This document shows, piece after piece, positions 8,016 through 17,036 of a stretch of 29,194 nt of DNA. The notes below the pieces were generated by a model that was not told the DNA's origin, did not search any database, and saw nothing but the letters and a program-made list of their open reading frames with translations. The position numbers and the translations under genes are program-made. The DNA comes from Thermotogota bacterium (GTDB lineage Bacteria; Thermotogota; Thermotogae; Petrotogales; Petrotogaceae), in contig JBNJGY010000013.1 in the NCBI GenBank assembly GCA_051748045.1, positions 9,346 through 38,539 on the forward strand, in the 5' to 3' direction. Position 1 is the stretch's first letter. Each line of letters opens with the position of its first letter.

Positions 8016-9221
8016 ATGAATAAAAACTATATATATTTTTGGTGGCATGCTTTTTTCTTGGCAATTGCAATAGTATTCACAGAAATAAATACAGTTATTC
8101 CATCATTGATTTTAAAAGCTGGGGGAAATGAAATTATCCTTGGTTTTCTTACTTCAATACTTGTTGGATTTCCTTTTATAACTAAATTTTTCTTTGCTTT
8201 TTTTCTTCATTCAAGAAAAAGGAAAAAACCATTTTTATTAATTGGAATTTATGTTAGAACTATTTCTCTTTTTTCTATAGGGTTTATAACAGGATATGCG
8301 AAAGATATAAATGATGCTCTAATGATTACTATTATTTTTGTATTAATGGGTTTTTTCTCTGTGGGAGGAGCATTTGCAGGAATTTCATATGTAGATGTTT
8401 TAGGAAAAACTGTATTAGAATCAAAAAGAAGATTAACTATGTCTGTTAAGCAGTTTATTAATGCTATTTCTACATTAATATTTGGCTTTGCAGCTAGATA
8501 TGTAGTTAGTGGATTTGAATATCCACAAAATTATTCTTATATGTTTTTAATAGCGGGTACTTCATTATTAATTGCTTCTTTAGGATTTTTGAAATTAAAA
8601 GAAGATAAAATTGAGAAAGAAATAGAAAAGATAAAAATAAAAAATATGTTAAAAATAATTAAAAATATAAACAAAAAAGATAAAAATTTATTTTTTTATA
8701 TCATTTTCTTAAATTTAAGCGCGTTTAGTCAAACTACTATACCATTTTATATCGCTTATGCTAAAAATGGATTTGGATTGACAGGACAAGAAGTTGGAAA
8801 TTATATGATTTTTCAAGTTATTGGAATGATAGTCGCTACACCAATTTGGTATTTTATTTCAAAAAGAGGTAGTTTTAAAAGGATTATTAAAAATTGTTTG
8901 GTTCTAGCATCTATTACACCTTTATATGCTTTGTTATCTATGAATTTCGGGATAAACTTTTATATATTTACCTTTTTATTGACCGGATTTAGTCTTAGTG
9001 CAAGAAAGATAGCAGTAGAAGGTTTGCTTATTGAAATTTCACAAAATGATAACAGGGCTTTGTATTCTGGAATATCTGGGGCTTTTAGTATTGTTTCTGC
9101 TTTGTTCCCTATTTTGTCTGGGATTTTAATAAGTTTCTTAGGATACAATTTTATTTTTATTCTAGTTTCAGTATTAGTTTTCTCTGCTTTAATACCATTA
9201 TCTAAAATAAAATATTCTTGA
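8016..9221 (+). CDS. MFS transporter
   Basis: About 12 hydrophobic segments in a 6+6 arrangement with a charged central loop; SD GAGG. Confidence 0.8.
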   Translation: MNKNYIYFWWHAFFLAIAIVFTEINTVIPSLILKAGGNEIILGFLTSILVGFPFITKFFFAFFLHSRKRKKPFLLIGIYVRTISLFSIGFITGYAKDINDALMITIIFVLMGFFSVGGAFAGISYVDVLGKTVLESKRRLTMSVKQFINAISTLIFGFAARYVVSGFEYPQNYSYMFLIAGTSLLIASLGFLKLKEDKIEKEIEKIKIKNMLKIIKNINKKDKNLFFYIIFLNLSAFSQTTIPFYIAYAKNGFGLTGQEVGNYMIFQVIGMIVATPIWYFISKRGSFKRIIKNCLVLASITPLYALLSMNFGINFYIFTFLLTGFSLSARKIAVEGLLIEISQNDNRALYSGISGAFSIVSALFPILSGILISFLGYNFIFILVSVLVFSALIPLSKIKYS

Positions 9222-9332
9222 AATAAATTACAAAGTAATTTATTTTGTTGCTGGTTGGAGGATGGAGGTAAAAAATTATATACTCTGTCATTTCGACTAA
9301 GAGTAGAAATCATTTCATGATTTCTATCAATA

Positions 9333-9425
9333 TTATTTTATTTTGAATTTATGTTTTTTCATTCTCATTTTTTCAATAAACTTGATAATTGGACATCTCA
9401 TCTTTATTTTCTTGAGTATCTTAAT
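9333..9425 (-). CDS. Possible cationic micropeptide (30 aa from ATT, or 22 aa from ATG at 9401)
   Basis: (M)KILKKIKMRCPIIKFIEKMRMKKHKFKIK*; AAGGAG 9 nt before ATT; hairpin 9304-9326 after stop. Confidence 0.4.
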   Translation of the reverse strand: MKILKKIKMRCPIIKFIEKMRMKKHKFKIK

Positions 9426-9684
9426 TGTGATTCACTCCTTTCTATAAGTATTTTAAAAATGATTAAAACACACTAATATTAAATTTGTTGTTTTTATGTT
9501 AACTGTTTAATTAATTTCTGAGTCGTCTTATTTAAGATATTTTAAATGAATCATCATCTAAATAATACAACAAACCACAATATTTAGTATATAATAGTGA
9601 TGATTGAAGTTTAATTAAAGCATAATTTTTTAACTAACTAGCGTAATGTGGGGTTTACTATTGAATATATATACTTTAAGTTAT

Positions 9685-9718
9685 CCCGACCTATTAATTT
9701 AGGTCGGGTATTTTCTTT
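9685..9718. terminator. Intrinsic terminator hairpin
   Basis: cccgaccta-ttaatt-taggtcggg; T-rich tail on + strand; 20 nt from glycerate kinase stop. Confidence 0.75.
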
Positions 9719-9728
9719 ATATATTCAA

Positions 9729-11069
9729 TTATTCTATAATAGTTATTCTCAAATCATTTAAGTTAGATTCTCTTGGCCCTGTCACAATCAAATCTTTTGT
9801 TTTACTAAATATTTTTTCAGTGTTGTTTGATTTCAAAACCTCTTCATAATCATAATATTTTTGTATTTTTTCATATGTTATATAGTCTCCAATAGCCCCC
9901 GCAGAAGGACAAGGTCCATCTGTTCCATCTGTGTCTATAGCTATTTGAGTTATTTCTTTTTCTTTTTTTATTCTATCTAAAAATCCTAAAATAAATTCTT
10001 TATTAGGACCACCTATTCCTTCTTTATTTTGAATAGTTACTGTAGTTTCTCCACCAGTAATCAATATACAAGGTTTTTTGAAAGGTCTATTATATCTTTT
10101 TATTTCCATAGCTATAGAGCCTATAAAATTTCCAGCTTGGAAACTATCCCCATATAAGTCTGAAGACAAAATTTGTACATTTTTTTCTTTGTCACTCAAT
10201 ATATTGTATGCATTTATTACTGCTTCTTCCACTTTTGAGATGAAAAAATTTATCACATTAAATTTTTTATATTCTTCTTTTTTTAATGTTTCTTTAGTAC
10301 CATTTCCCAAATTTTTATCAATAAAATCTATTAATTTTTTTGGTAAATTTTCTTCTAAATTTAGATCTTTTATTATTTTCAATACTTCTTCTAGTGTAGA
10401 GGTGTCATAATATGTTGGACCAGAAGCGATAGTTGATAAATCATTGTTTTCTACGTCTGAAATTATGAAATTAAAAATTTGACAATTTTTATCTTTCAAA
10501 TGTTTTAATAACTTTCCACCTTTTACAGAAGAAATGTGTTTTCTTATTATGTTTATTTTTTTAATATTTAATCCTGATTCAAGTAGAACTCTATTTATTT
10601 TTTGAAGTTCTTTTATCTCAAGATCCATAACAGGTTTTTCAAAAAGAGCAGAACCCCCACCAGATATTAAAAAAAATACTGTTGAATTTTTGGTGATTGT
10701 TTTTATTTTATTTAGAAATTTCTCAGTGTTTTTAAATGTTCTTTCATCTGGAAATGGATGCGAACCTTTAATAACTTCTATTTTTTTTAAATTTCTTTCA
10801 TAACCGTCCTTTGTTATGATCATTCCATCCACTATTTTGTCTCCAAAAATTTTTTCGATTTCAAATCCCATTGAAGCTGAAGATTTCCCAAATCCAAAAA
10901 CATAAATGTCATCCAATAATTTATATTTTTTGTCTTCTAACAAAATGTTATTTTTTTCATGTTTTATTTTATCTTTTATCAGATTATCAATACTTAAACT
11001 ATTTAATATTTCTTGAATATAATATAATAATTTTTTTCTTTGATTAGTAGAGTTATCAATTTCATTCAT
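9729..11069 (-). CDS. Glycerate 2-kinase (class II, MOFRL/GckA family)
   Basis: GFGKSS, HPFPD, LISGGGSAL, SSVKGG, ISDV, IASGPT, GGETTV, TDGTDG, NLNDL. Confidence 0.92.
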   Translation of the reverse strand: MNEIDNSTNQRKKLLYYIQEILNSLSIDNLIKDKIKHEKNNILLEDKKYKLLDDIYVFGFGKSSASMGFEIEKIFGDKIVDGMIITKDGYERNLKKIEVIKGSHPFPDERTFKNTEKFLNKIKTITKNSTVFFLISGGGSALFEKPVMDLEIKELQKINRVLLESGLNIKKINIIRKHISSVKGGKLLKHLKDKNCQIFNFIISDVENNDLSTIASGPTYYDTSTLEEVLKIIKDLNLEENLPKKLIDFIDKNLGNGTKETLKKEEYKKFNVINFFISKVEEAVINAYNILSDKEKNVQILSSDLYGDSFQAGNFIGSIAMEIKRYNRPFKKPCILITGGETTVTIQNKEGIGGPNKEFILGFLDRIKKEKEITQIAIDTDGTDGPCPSAGAIGDYITYEKIQKYYDYEEVLKSNNTEKIFSKTKDLIVTGPRESNLNDLRITIIE

Positions 11070-12753
11070 TGTATTTCACCCATATATAATCATAAGAGTT
11101 TAATATGATTTTATTCTTTATATTTTTATTTCTTAGTATATCTATTTTTTTTGAAGCTTTAATTATCTCTTCAATTTTTATATTAACTTTTTCTTTAGAC
11201 AAATTAGCTATAGCCATTATTTTTTCAGTTTCTGCTATTCTTTCAATACAAAAAACATTTTTTGATAAATGTAATATCCTTTGTTCTGATTTGGGAGAAA
11301 AAGCTTTATTAGTTTTTCTTATATCCAACATTTTTTTCATACCATTAAAAATTTTATTTCTTAAAGAATCTTTCTCATTTATTTCTTTGATTAGTTTTTT
11401 GTATTGTAATTTTTCTCTATTAATCGCTCTGTTATAACCTAATTTTTTAACTCCTTCTACCCAGTTTCTTGATCCAATTAAGCTATGAATATAAATTCCT
11501 GGTATACCCCTTAATGAAAATGCTATAAAATAAGCCCCTAAAAATTTTCTTATGTTTTCTTCCATTGATTCAGAAGCTTCATATAGCGCATCAAAATAAT
11601 TTATATTCATTTCATATGCAGATTTTGTCCCATCAGAATTTGTTTTGTAGGATACATTCCCATTATTTTTCTCAACTTTTTTTATAAGATTATTTATTTC
11701 TTTTTCACTCAGAATATCTTTTATAGGCATTAATCCTATACCATCGTGAGAAGCTAAAAAGTTGAAAAATGTTGTTTCTTTAGAAGGATATTCTAATTCA
11801 GATGCCCATTTTGAAATGTGGTCGGAATTATGACTTTGATAAGCGTTTAAAACCAAAGGAGGTAATGAAAAATTATAAACCATTTGAGCCTCATCTTTCC
11901 CGTTACCAAAATAACTAACATTTTCTTTATGTGGAACATTCGTTTCGGTGACTATAATGACTTCTCTTTTTATTGAATCAAATATATCTTTAAAAAGTTT
12001 TATTATTTCATGCGTCTCGTCTAAATGAATACATGTAGTTCCAATTTTTTTCCACATGTAACCAATGGCATCTAACCGCAATAATGTCGCACCATTTTTT
12101 ACGTAGAATAAAAGAACATCAATAATATCTAATAATAAATCTGGGTTTTTATAATTTAGATCTATTTGATCCTCTGAGAATGTTGTCCATACATATTTAA
12201 CTCCATCTTTATTTTTAAATTTTGTTAATAAAGGCAAAGCCCTTGGTCTAGTAACAGAGGATAAATCTGTATTTTTTTCAACTGTTATAAAATAATCTTT
12301 ATATTTTGGATCATTTTTTAAAAAACCTTGAAACCATTCACTCTTAGCAGATATATGGTTAATTACTGCGTCAAACATCAAATAATAATGTTTAGAGAAA
12401 TTATTTATATCTTTCCAAGTACCTAGTTTAGGATTGACTTTTTTATAATCTATTACAGAAAACCCATCATCGGAAGAATATGGGAAAAATGGTAATATAT
12501 GTACTGTATTTATTGTCATTCCAACATAATTTTCCATAAATTTTTCTAATGTATTTAATGGATGATCTTCATCTTGTATAGAATCGCCATATGTTATTAT
12601 AATTGATTTTTTTTCATTTATATTGTATTCATTAGCTTTTTCAATGGCATAGTTAAAATTATTAACTTTTTCTCTTATTTTTTTTAATAAATATTCTGAG
12701 TTTTCTTTATACAATTTCTTTAATCTTTTTTCTATAACCCTTTCTTTTTTCAT
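11062..12753 (-). CDS. GH13_18 glucosylglycerate phosphorylase (YcjM-like)
   Basis: ITYGD, HILPFFPYSSDDGF, RLDAIG, TETN, SHDGIG, KTNSDGTKSAYEMN loop; overlaps glycerate kinase start. Confidence 0.85.
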   Translation of the reverse strand: MKKERVIEKRLKKLYKENSEYLLKKIREKVNNFNYAIEKANEYNINEKKSIIITYGDSIQDEDHPLNTLEKFMENYVGMTINTVHILPFFPYSSDDGFSVIDYKKVNPKLGTWKDINNFSKHYYLMFDAVINHISAKSEWFQGFLKNDPKYKDYFITVEKNTDLSSVTRPRALPLLTKFKNKDGVKYVWTTFSEDQIDLNYKNPDLLLDIIDVLLFYVKNGATLLRLDAIGYMWKKIGTTCIHLDETHEIIKLFKDIFDSIKREVIIVTETNVPHKENVSYFGNGKDEAQMVYNFSLPPLVLNAYQSHNSDHISKWASELEYPSKETTFFNFLASHDGIGLMPIKDILSEKEINNLIKKVEKNNGNVSYKTNSDGTKSAYEMNINYFDALYEASESMEENIRKFLGAYFIAFSLRGIPGIYIHSLIGSRNWVEGVKKLGYNRAINREKLQYKKLIKEINEKDSLRNKIFNGMKKMLDIRKTNKAFSPKSEQRILHLSKNVFCIERIAETEKIMAIANLSKEKVNIKIEEIIKASKKIDILRNKNIKNKIILNSYDYIWVKYNE

Positions 12754-12762
12754 AAGATCACC

Positions 12763-13569
12763 TCAGAATTTTTTTGTATTAGTAATCTTGTTCAATTTAG
12801 CAAAATGTTTTTCTGGATTCATCTTTTGAACTAACACTCTATAAATAATATCCATAATAAACATCTCAGCCATTCTATTGTATGTATATTCATTTTCTTC
12901 TGGATGGTTTGCTGCAGTATAGATTTTTAATTCTGATATTTTACTTAAGGGTGATTCTACTCCAGAAGTGATAGAAATAGTAAAGGCTCCAGCTTCTTTA
13001 GCGACTTCTGTAGATTTATAAACATCTCTTATCATTCCAGAATGGCTTATTGATATAACTACACAGCTTTTATCTGTAGCAGCACCTGCCATGACCTGCA
13101 TATGGGGATCTGAGTAGGCTTCCGAACTTATTCCTAGCGCAGCTAATTTTAAACTCATGTCTAAAGCAACAGAATAAGATCTTCCTACTGCATAAAAAAG
13201 TACTTTTTTTGAATTTTTAATCTTTTCTGCAACTAAATTTATTTTTTCTTTGTCAATATTTTGGTAGGTATATTCGAGCATATTAATTGTTTTACTATAC
13301 ACAGTAGAATAAATATCATCTCCATCACTTTCATCTACATTTGGAGTACTTAATTGTTTTACTAAAGACATTTTAAAATCTTGATAGCCTGTATATCCTA
13401 TTTTCTTTATTAACCTATAAACGGTTGTTTCACTAACTTCTGACCAATTGGCTAACTCTGTTATACTATAATGTATAACGTCTTCAGGCCTTTCTATAAT
13501 ATAATTTGCAGCTTTTTTTTCTGAATTTGTAAGAGAATTATAAACTCCCTTTATTTTTTGAATTACCAT
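12763..13569 (-). CDS. RpiR/MurR-family transcriptional regulator
   Basis: LTNSEKKAANYI, SETTVYRLIKKIGYTGYQDFK HTH; SIS domain ISISHSG. Confidence 0.93.
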   Translation of the reverse strand: MVIQKIKGVYNSLTNSEKKAANYIIERPEDVIHYSITELANWSEVSETTVYRLIKKIGYTGYQDFKMSLVKQLSTPNVDESDGDDIYSTVYSKTINMLEYTYQNIDKEKINLVAEKIKNSKKVLFYAVGRSYSVALDMSLKLAALGISSEAYSDPHMQVMAGAATDKSCVVISISHSGMIRDVYKSTEVAKEAGAFTISITSGVESPLSKISELKIYTAANHPEENEYTYNRMAEMFIMDIIYRVLVQKMNPEKHFAKLNKITNTKKF

Positions 13570-13593
13570 ACGAGATCACCTTCCAAAATTTGG

Positions 13594-14565
13594 CTATTCT
13601 TTAACTCCACCTGCAGTTAAACCACCTGTAAGATATTTTTGCATTATCATGAACAAAGCTACAACAGGTATAGAAGTTAAGACTGAAGCAGCCATCATCT
13701 TAGCCCATATTGCATGTTCAGAATAGAATATCTCATATAACCCAATTGGTAAAGTGTGAAATTGAGGATATGATCTGACAAATATTGAAGCAAAAAGATA
13801 TTCATTCCATGCAATCATAAAAGCGTATATGTAAACTGTGACAATAGCTGGTAAAGATAATGGAATTATTATTCTCCATATAACTCCAAATCTACTACTA
13901 CCATCTATTATAGCAGCTTCTTCTATTGTTTCAGGAATAGTTCTAAAATAATTACCCAACATATATAAAGAAACAGGCAATGTTTGAACTATATAAATCA
14001 CGAATAATGCAGCCATACCTCTGGCTCCAGATCCTGTCAGACCTATATTAACAAAAATCTGATACAAAGGAACAGCTAAAATAGTCCCTCCAAATAAATA
14101 TACTAGTAAAACCCCTCTTTGAACTGTTCCCCTTCCAGGAAACCATACTCTAGAAAAAGCATATGCTCCCAATATTGATATTACAAGACTGACAAAAGCA
14201 CTTGCTCCTGCAATAAATAAACTATTTCTAAAAAATCTTATAAAAGGAAATGATTCTTTTTTTCTTTCAGAAGCTATAGTTCCTAGAATCTCTTTTTGTT
14301 TTTCTGGAGGCATATCTTTTACCAAATCTTGTAATTGTTTTTGTTCATCTGACAATTCATCCCTTATTGTTTCTTGAAATCCCAATAATTGTAAATAAGT
14401 ATCAAATGTTGGATTTTCAGGAATTAGCCCCTCTTCAAAAGCATCTGTATCATGTCTGAAAGAAACAGATACCATATATGCAAAAGGATAAGATACAAAA
14501 ACTATTACCAACACTATTAATGACCAGAATCCTATTGTTCTTAAAATTGTTTTTTTCTTTACCAT
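13594..14565 (-). CDS. Carbohydrate ABC permease (MalG-like)
   Basis: EEAAIIDGSS EAA loop, AWNEYLFA. Confidence 0.93.
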   Translation of the reverse strand: MVKKKTILRTIGFWSLIVLVIVFVSYPFAYMVSVSFRHDTDAFEEGLIPENPTFDTYLQLLGFQETIRDELSDEQKQLQDLVKDMPPEKQKEILGTIASERKKESFPFIRFFRNSLFIAGASAFVSLVISILGAYAFSRVWFPGRGTVQRGVLLVYLFGGTILAVPLYQIFVNIGLTGSGARGMAALFVIYIVQTLPVSLYMLGNYFRTIPETIEEAAIIDGSSRFGVIWRIIIPLSLPAIVTVYIYAFMIAWNEYLFASIFVRSYPQFHTLPIGLYEIFYSEHAIWAKMMAASVLTSIPVVALFMIMQKYLTGGLTAGGVKE

Positions 14566-15440
14566 TTTAACACCTTCTTCACGTAAAAGGCTATCAATCC
14601 AAACATAAATATAAATAATATTGTAGCTATAGAGGCAGCAACTCCTTGTTCAGGTAGGCCTGTGAAAGCCTTTTCGTAAATATAAATTGGTAATGTCCCA
14701 GCAAATTTTGACATAAGATATACTTCATCAAATTTATAAAAGTTCCAAATACCTCTTAATAAAGCAACTGAACCAATTACAAAGTATAATTCTGGTAAAG
14801 TAATATTCCAAAATTTTTGCCACCCGCTTGCTCCATCTATTTCTGCTGCTTCATAATAATCATCTGGAATAGATTGAAGCCTTGAAAGCATCATTAAATA
14901 TATGAAAGGAAAATTTCTCCATATATTGAAAAAAGACACAACCAAAAAGGCATTATTTGGATTATTTATAACATCTGTACCAGGATCCATAATGTTTAAA
15001 CTCGATAACATTTGAACTAAAGGCCCATCTAATGGTAAAAAAACATATTTCCAAGCAAAAACAATAGCTATTAAAGGAGTTACATAAGGTAATAACAGTA
15101 ATCCTCTAACAATACCTCTACCAGGAAATTCTTTATTCATTAATATAGCAACCCCTAGTCCTAAAACTATGCTACCAACAACAGTTATTATAGTAAAAAA
15201 GATAGTTTTCCAAAAAGATACCCAAAATGTGGAATCAGTTAAAACATCAGTATAATTTTTTAATCCTAGAAAAGTGTTAGTTTCATTAGGCGATATAGTT
15301 ACATCAAAAAAACTCAAATATATATTATAAAATACTGGATATAAGATCAAAAGAGCTATTAATATAACAGTTGGAGCAACTAATTTCATTCCAAACTTAG
15401 CTTCTTTTTGCCTCAAAGGAGATAACTCTGATATTTTCAT
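14559..15440 (-). CDS. Carbohydrate ABC permease (MalF-like)
   Basis: YEAAEIDGASGWQKFWNITLP, FLGLKNY. Confidence 0.93.
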   Translation of the reverse strand: MKISELSPLRQKEAKFGMKLVAPTVILIALLILYPVFYNIYLSFFDVTISPNETNTFLGLKNYTDVLTDSTFWVSFWKTIFFTIITVVGSIVLGLGVAILMNKEFPGRGIVRGLLLLPYVTPLIAIVFAWKYVFLPLDGPLVQMLSSLNIMDPGTDVINNPNNAFLVVSFFNIWRNFPFIYLMMLSRLQSIPDDYYEAAEIDGASGWQKFWNITLPELYFVIGSVALLRGIWNFYKFDEVYLMSKFAGTLPIYIYEKAFTGLPEQGVAASIATILFIFMFGLIAFYVKKVLKW

Positions 15441-15462
15441 AAATATTCCTCCCTAATAAAAC

Positions 15463-15482
15463 GGGGAGAATTTCTTCTCCCC
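15463..15482 (-). terminator. Intercistronic stem-loop after substrate-binding protein gene
   Basis: ggggagaa-N4-ttctcccc with short T tail on minus strand. Confidence 0.65.
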
Positions 15483-15498
15483 ACTTATTTCTAAATAA

Positions 15499-16785
15499 TT
15501 ATTTATCTAATACTCTTTCTGCTTCTTCTTGAGCCCATCGAGCGGTTTCTTGTGGTGTCCAATCATTTGCGAACATGTAATTAATGGCTTTACTAATAAC
15601 AAAACTAGAGGATAATTGGCTCATTTCTTCAATAATTTCACCATCTAAAAATTCAAATCGTTCTATTTCATCAAGTGCGGATACAATTCCAGTGATTTGT
15701 TCTCTATCATATTTAGATAAAATCGGATTATCTAAAAACTCTTCTGATCCAGCTATAGATGATCTTGTAGGATTCATTCCTCCTGGAGCCATGTGTAAAT
15801 AATAAACATAATTGTCTCCTGTCATCAAAAATTTCACCCATTGTTCTGCAACATCTTTATTGTCTGAAGTACTCAAAACACTTACTGCTACTATTTCTCC
15901 AAAGGATGAAGCCCTTATATTAAACATTTTGTTCCCAAAATCAGTATTTTTAACCAAATCAGGATTAAATTCATCAACTCTACCCCTTTGAACTTCTTCA
16001 ACTGCTATATCATCCATTATATATGTTGAATAAAAAACCATAGCTGCTTCTCCTGATAGATATCCTTTAAGAGCATCTAAAACACTAGTAAAACCAGGTC
16101 TTGAATATTTACCTAATTCTTTATAGAATCTAAATGCTTCTATCATTTTTTGTGAATCAAACATAATATTTCCCTCTGCATCAATTGGTCTTGCGCCATT
16201 TGATAAAGCTATTTCTGTAAAAGCTTGTTCTGTATAAGCATCAGCAGCTTTAGGGAGCACTAATCCATAAACTCCTTCTGCTGGATTGTTTAATGCTTTT
16301 GCTGCTGTTAAAAGGTTATACCAACTTGTTGGTTCTCCCAGTGATCTTGGTTCAGTCCAATCTTTTCTATACCATATTCCCTGAACCCATGCAGAAAATG
16401 GAATAGCAAAATGATTTCCTTTTCCATCTGATAATAATCTTTCAGCACCAGAATAAATATCTCCTAAATCTTCGATTATTTTCGTGTTTAATTCAACATC
16501 CATAAACCCTTGACTACCCAATAACAACATAGGAGATATTCCTCCTTCAGTTACATCTGGTAAAGTATTTGATTTTTGTGCTAAAGGAATTTGTCTTAAA
16601 ATTTCATTTTCTTCAATAGGAACTATCTCTATTTTGTGACCTGTTTGCGATTCAAAAATTGAAGCTAAAGCTTTTATTCTTTGTTGTCTTCCAGATTCAA
16701 CCTGCGTTGTCCAAAACGTTATTGTTTCCGACATAACCAATAAACCCACCAAAAGAACTGTGATTAAAACTAAAAATTTCTTCAT
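15499..16785 (-). CDS. Carbohydrate ABC substrate-binding protein (YcjN-like)
   Basis: Signal peptide, AIPFSAWVQGIWYRKDW, first gene of permease operon; SD GGGAGG. Confidence 0.9.
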   Translation of the reverse strand: MKKFLVLITVLLVGLLVMSETITFWTTQVESGRQQRIKALASIFESQTGHKIEIVPIEENEILRQIPLAQKSNTLPDVTEGGISPMLLLGSQGFMDVELNTKIIEDLGDIYSGAERLLSDGKGNHFAIPFSAWVQGIWYRKDWTEPRSLGEPTSWYNLLTAAKALNNPAEGVYGLVLPKAADAYTEQAFTEIALSNGARPIDAEGNIMFDSQKMIEAFRFYKELGKYSRPGFTSVLDALKGYLSGEAAMVFYSTYIMDDIAVEEVQRGRVDEFNPDLVKNTDFGNKMFNIRASSFGEIVAVSVLSTSDNKDVAEQWVKFLMTGDNYVYYLHMAPGGMNPTRSSIAGSEEFLDNPILSKYDREQITGIVSALDEIERFEFLDGEIIEEMSQLSSSFVISKAINYMFANDWTPQETARWAQEEAERVLDK

Positions 16786-16841
16786 ATGAATCCCTCCCTA
16801 AATAAAGTGATTGTATATATTTTTCATAATATTATATTTTA

Positions 16842-16858
16842 TTGAAAGTTTTCTTCAA
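16842..16858. promoter_or_regulatory. Candidate RpiR operator
   Basis: TTGAA-N7-TTCAA palindrome in divergent promoter region; degenerate copy TGTATATATTTTTCA at 16812-16826. Confidence 0.4.
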
Positions 16859-17036
16859 AATTATAGAATAAAAAATATATTTTCTCAAATGACTTTATTT
16901 TGCTTTTCAGCCTATTATCCCTATTTATTAACAAATATTAAAAAGATATTCACTTATACTTAAAAAAATGTATTTTAGAAAATTTATTTTTTTATATATA
17001 ATTTAATTGAAAATTTTCTTTTTAAGGGGTGATTAT

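Noticed and set aside
9262-9300. 12-aa + strand ORF MEVKNYILCHFD
   Set aside because: GGAGG abuts the ATG with no spacer, so it is unlikely to be translated
13594-16785. Missing ABC ATPase as a sign of operon decay
   Set aside because: CUT1 sugar transporters commonly share an ATPase encoded elsewhere, and all ORFs are intact
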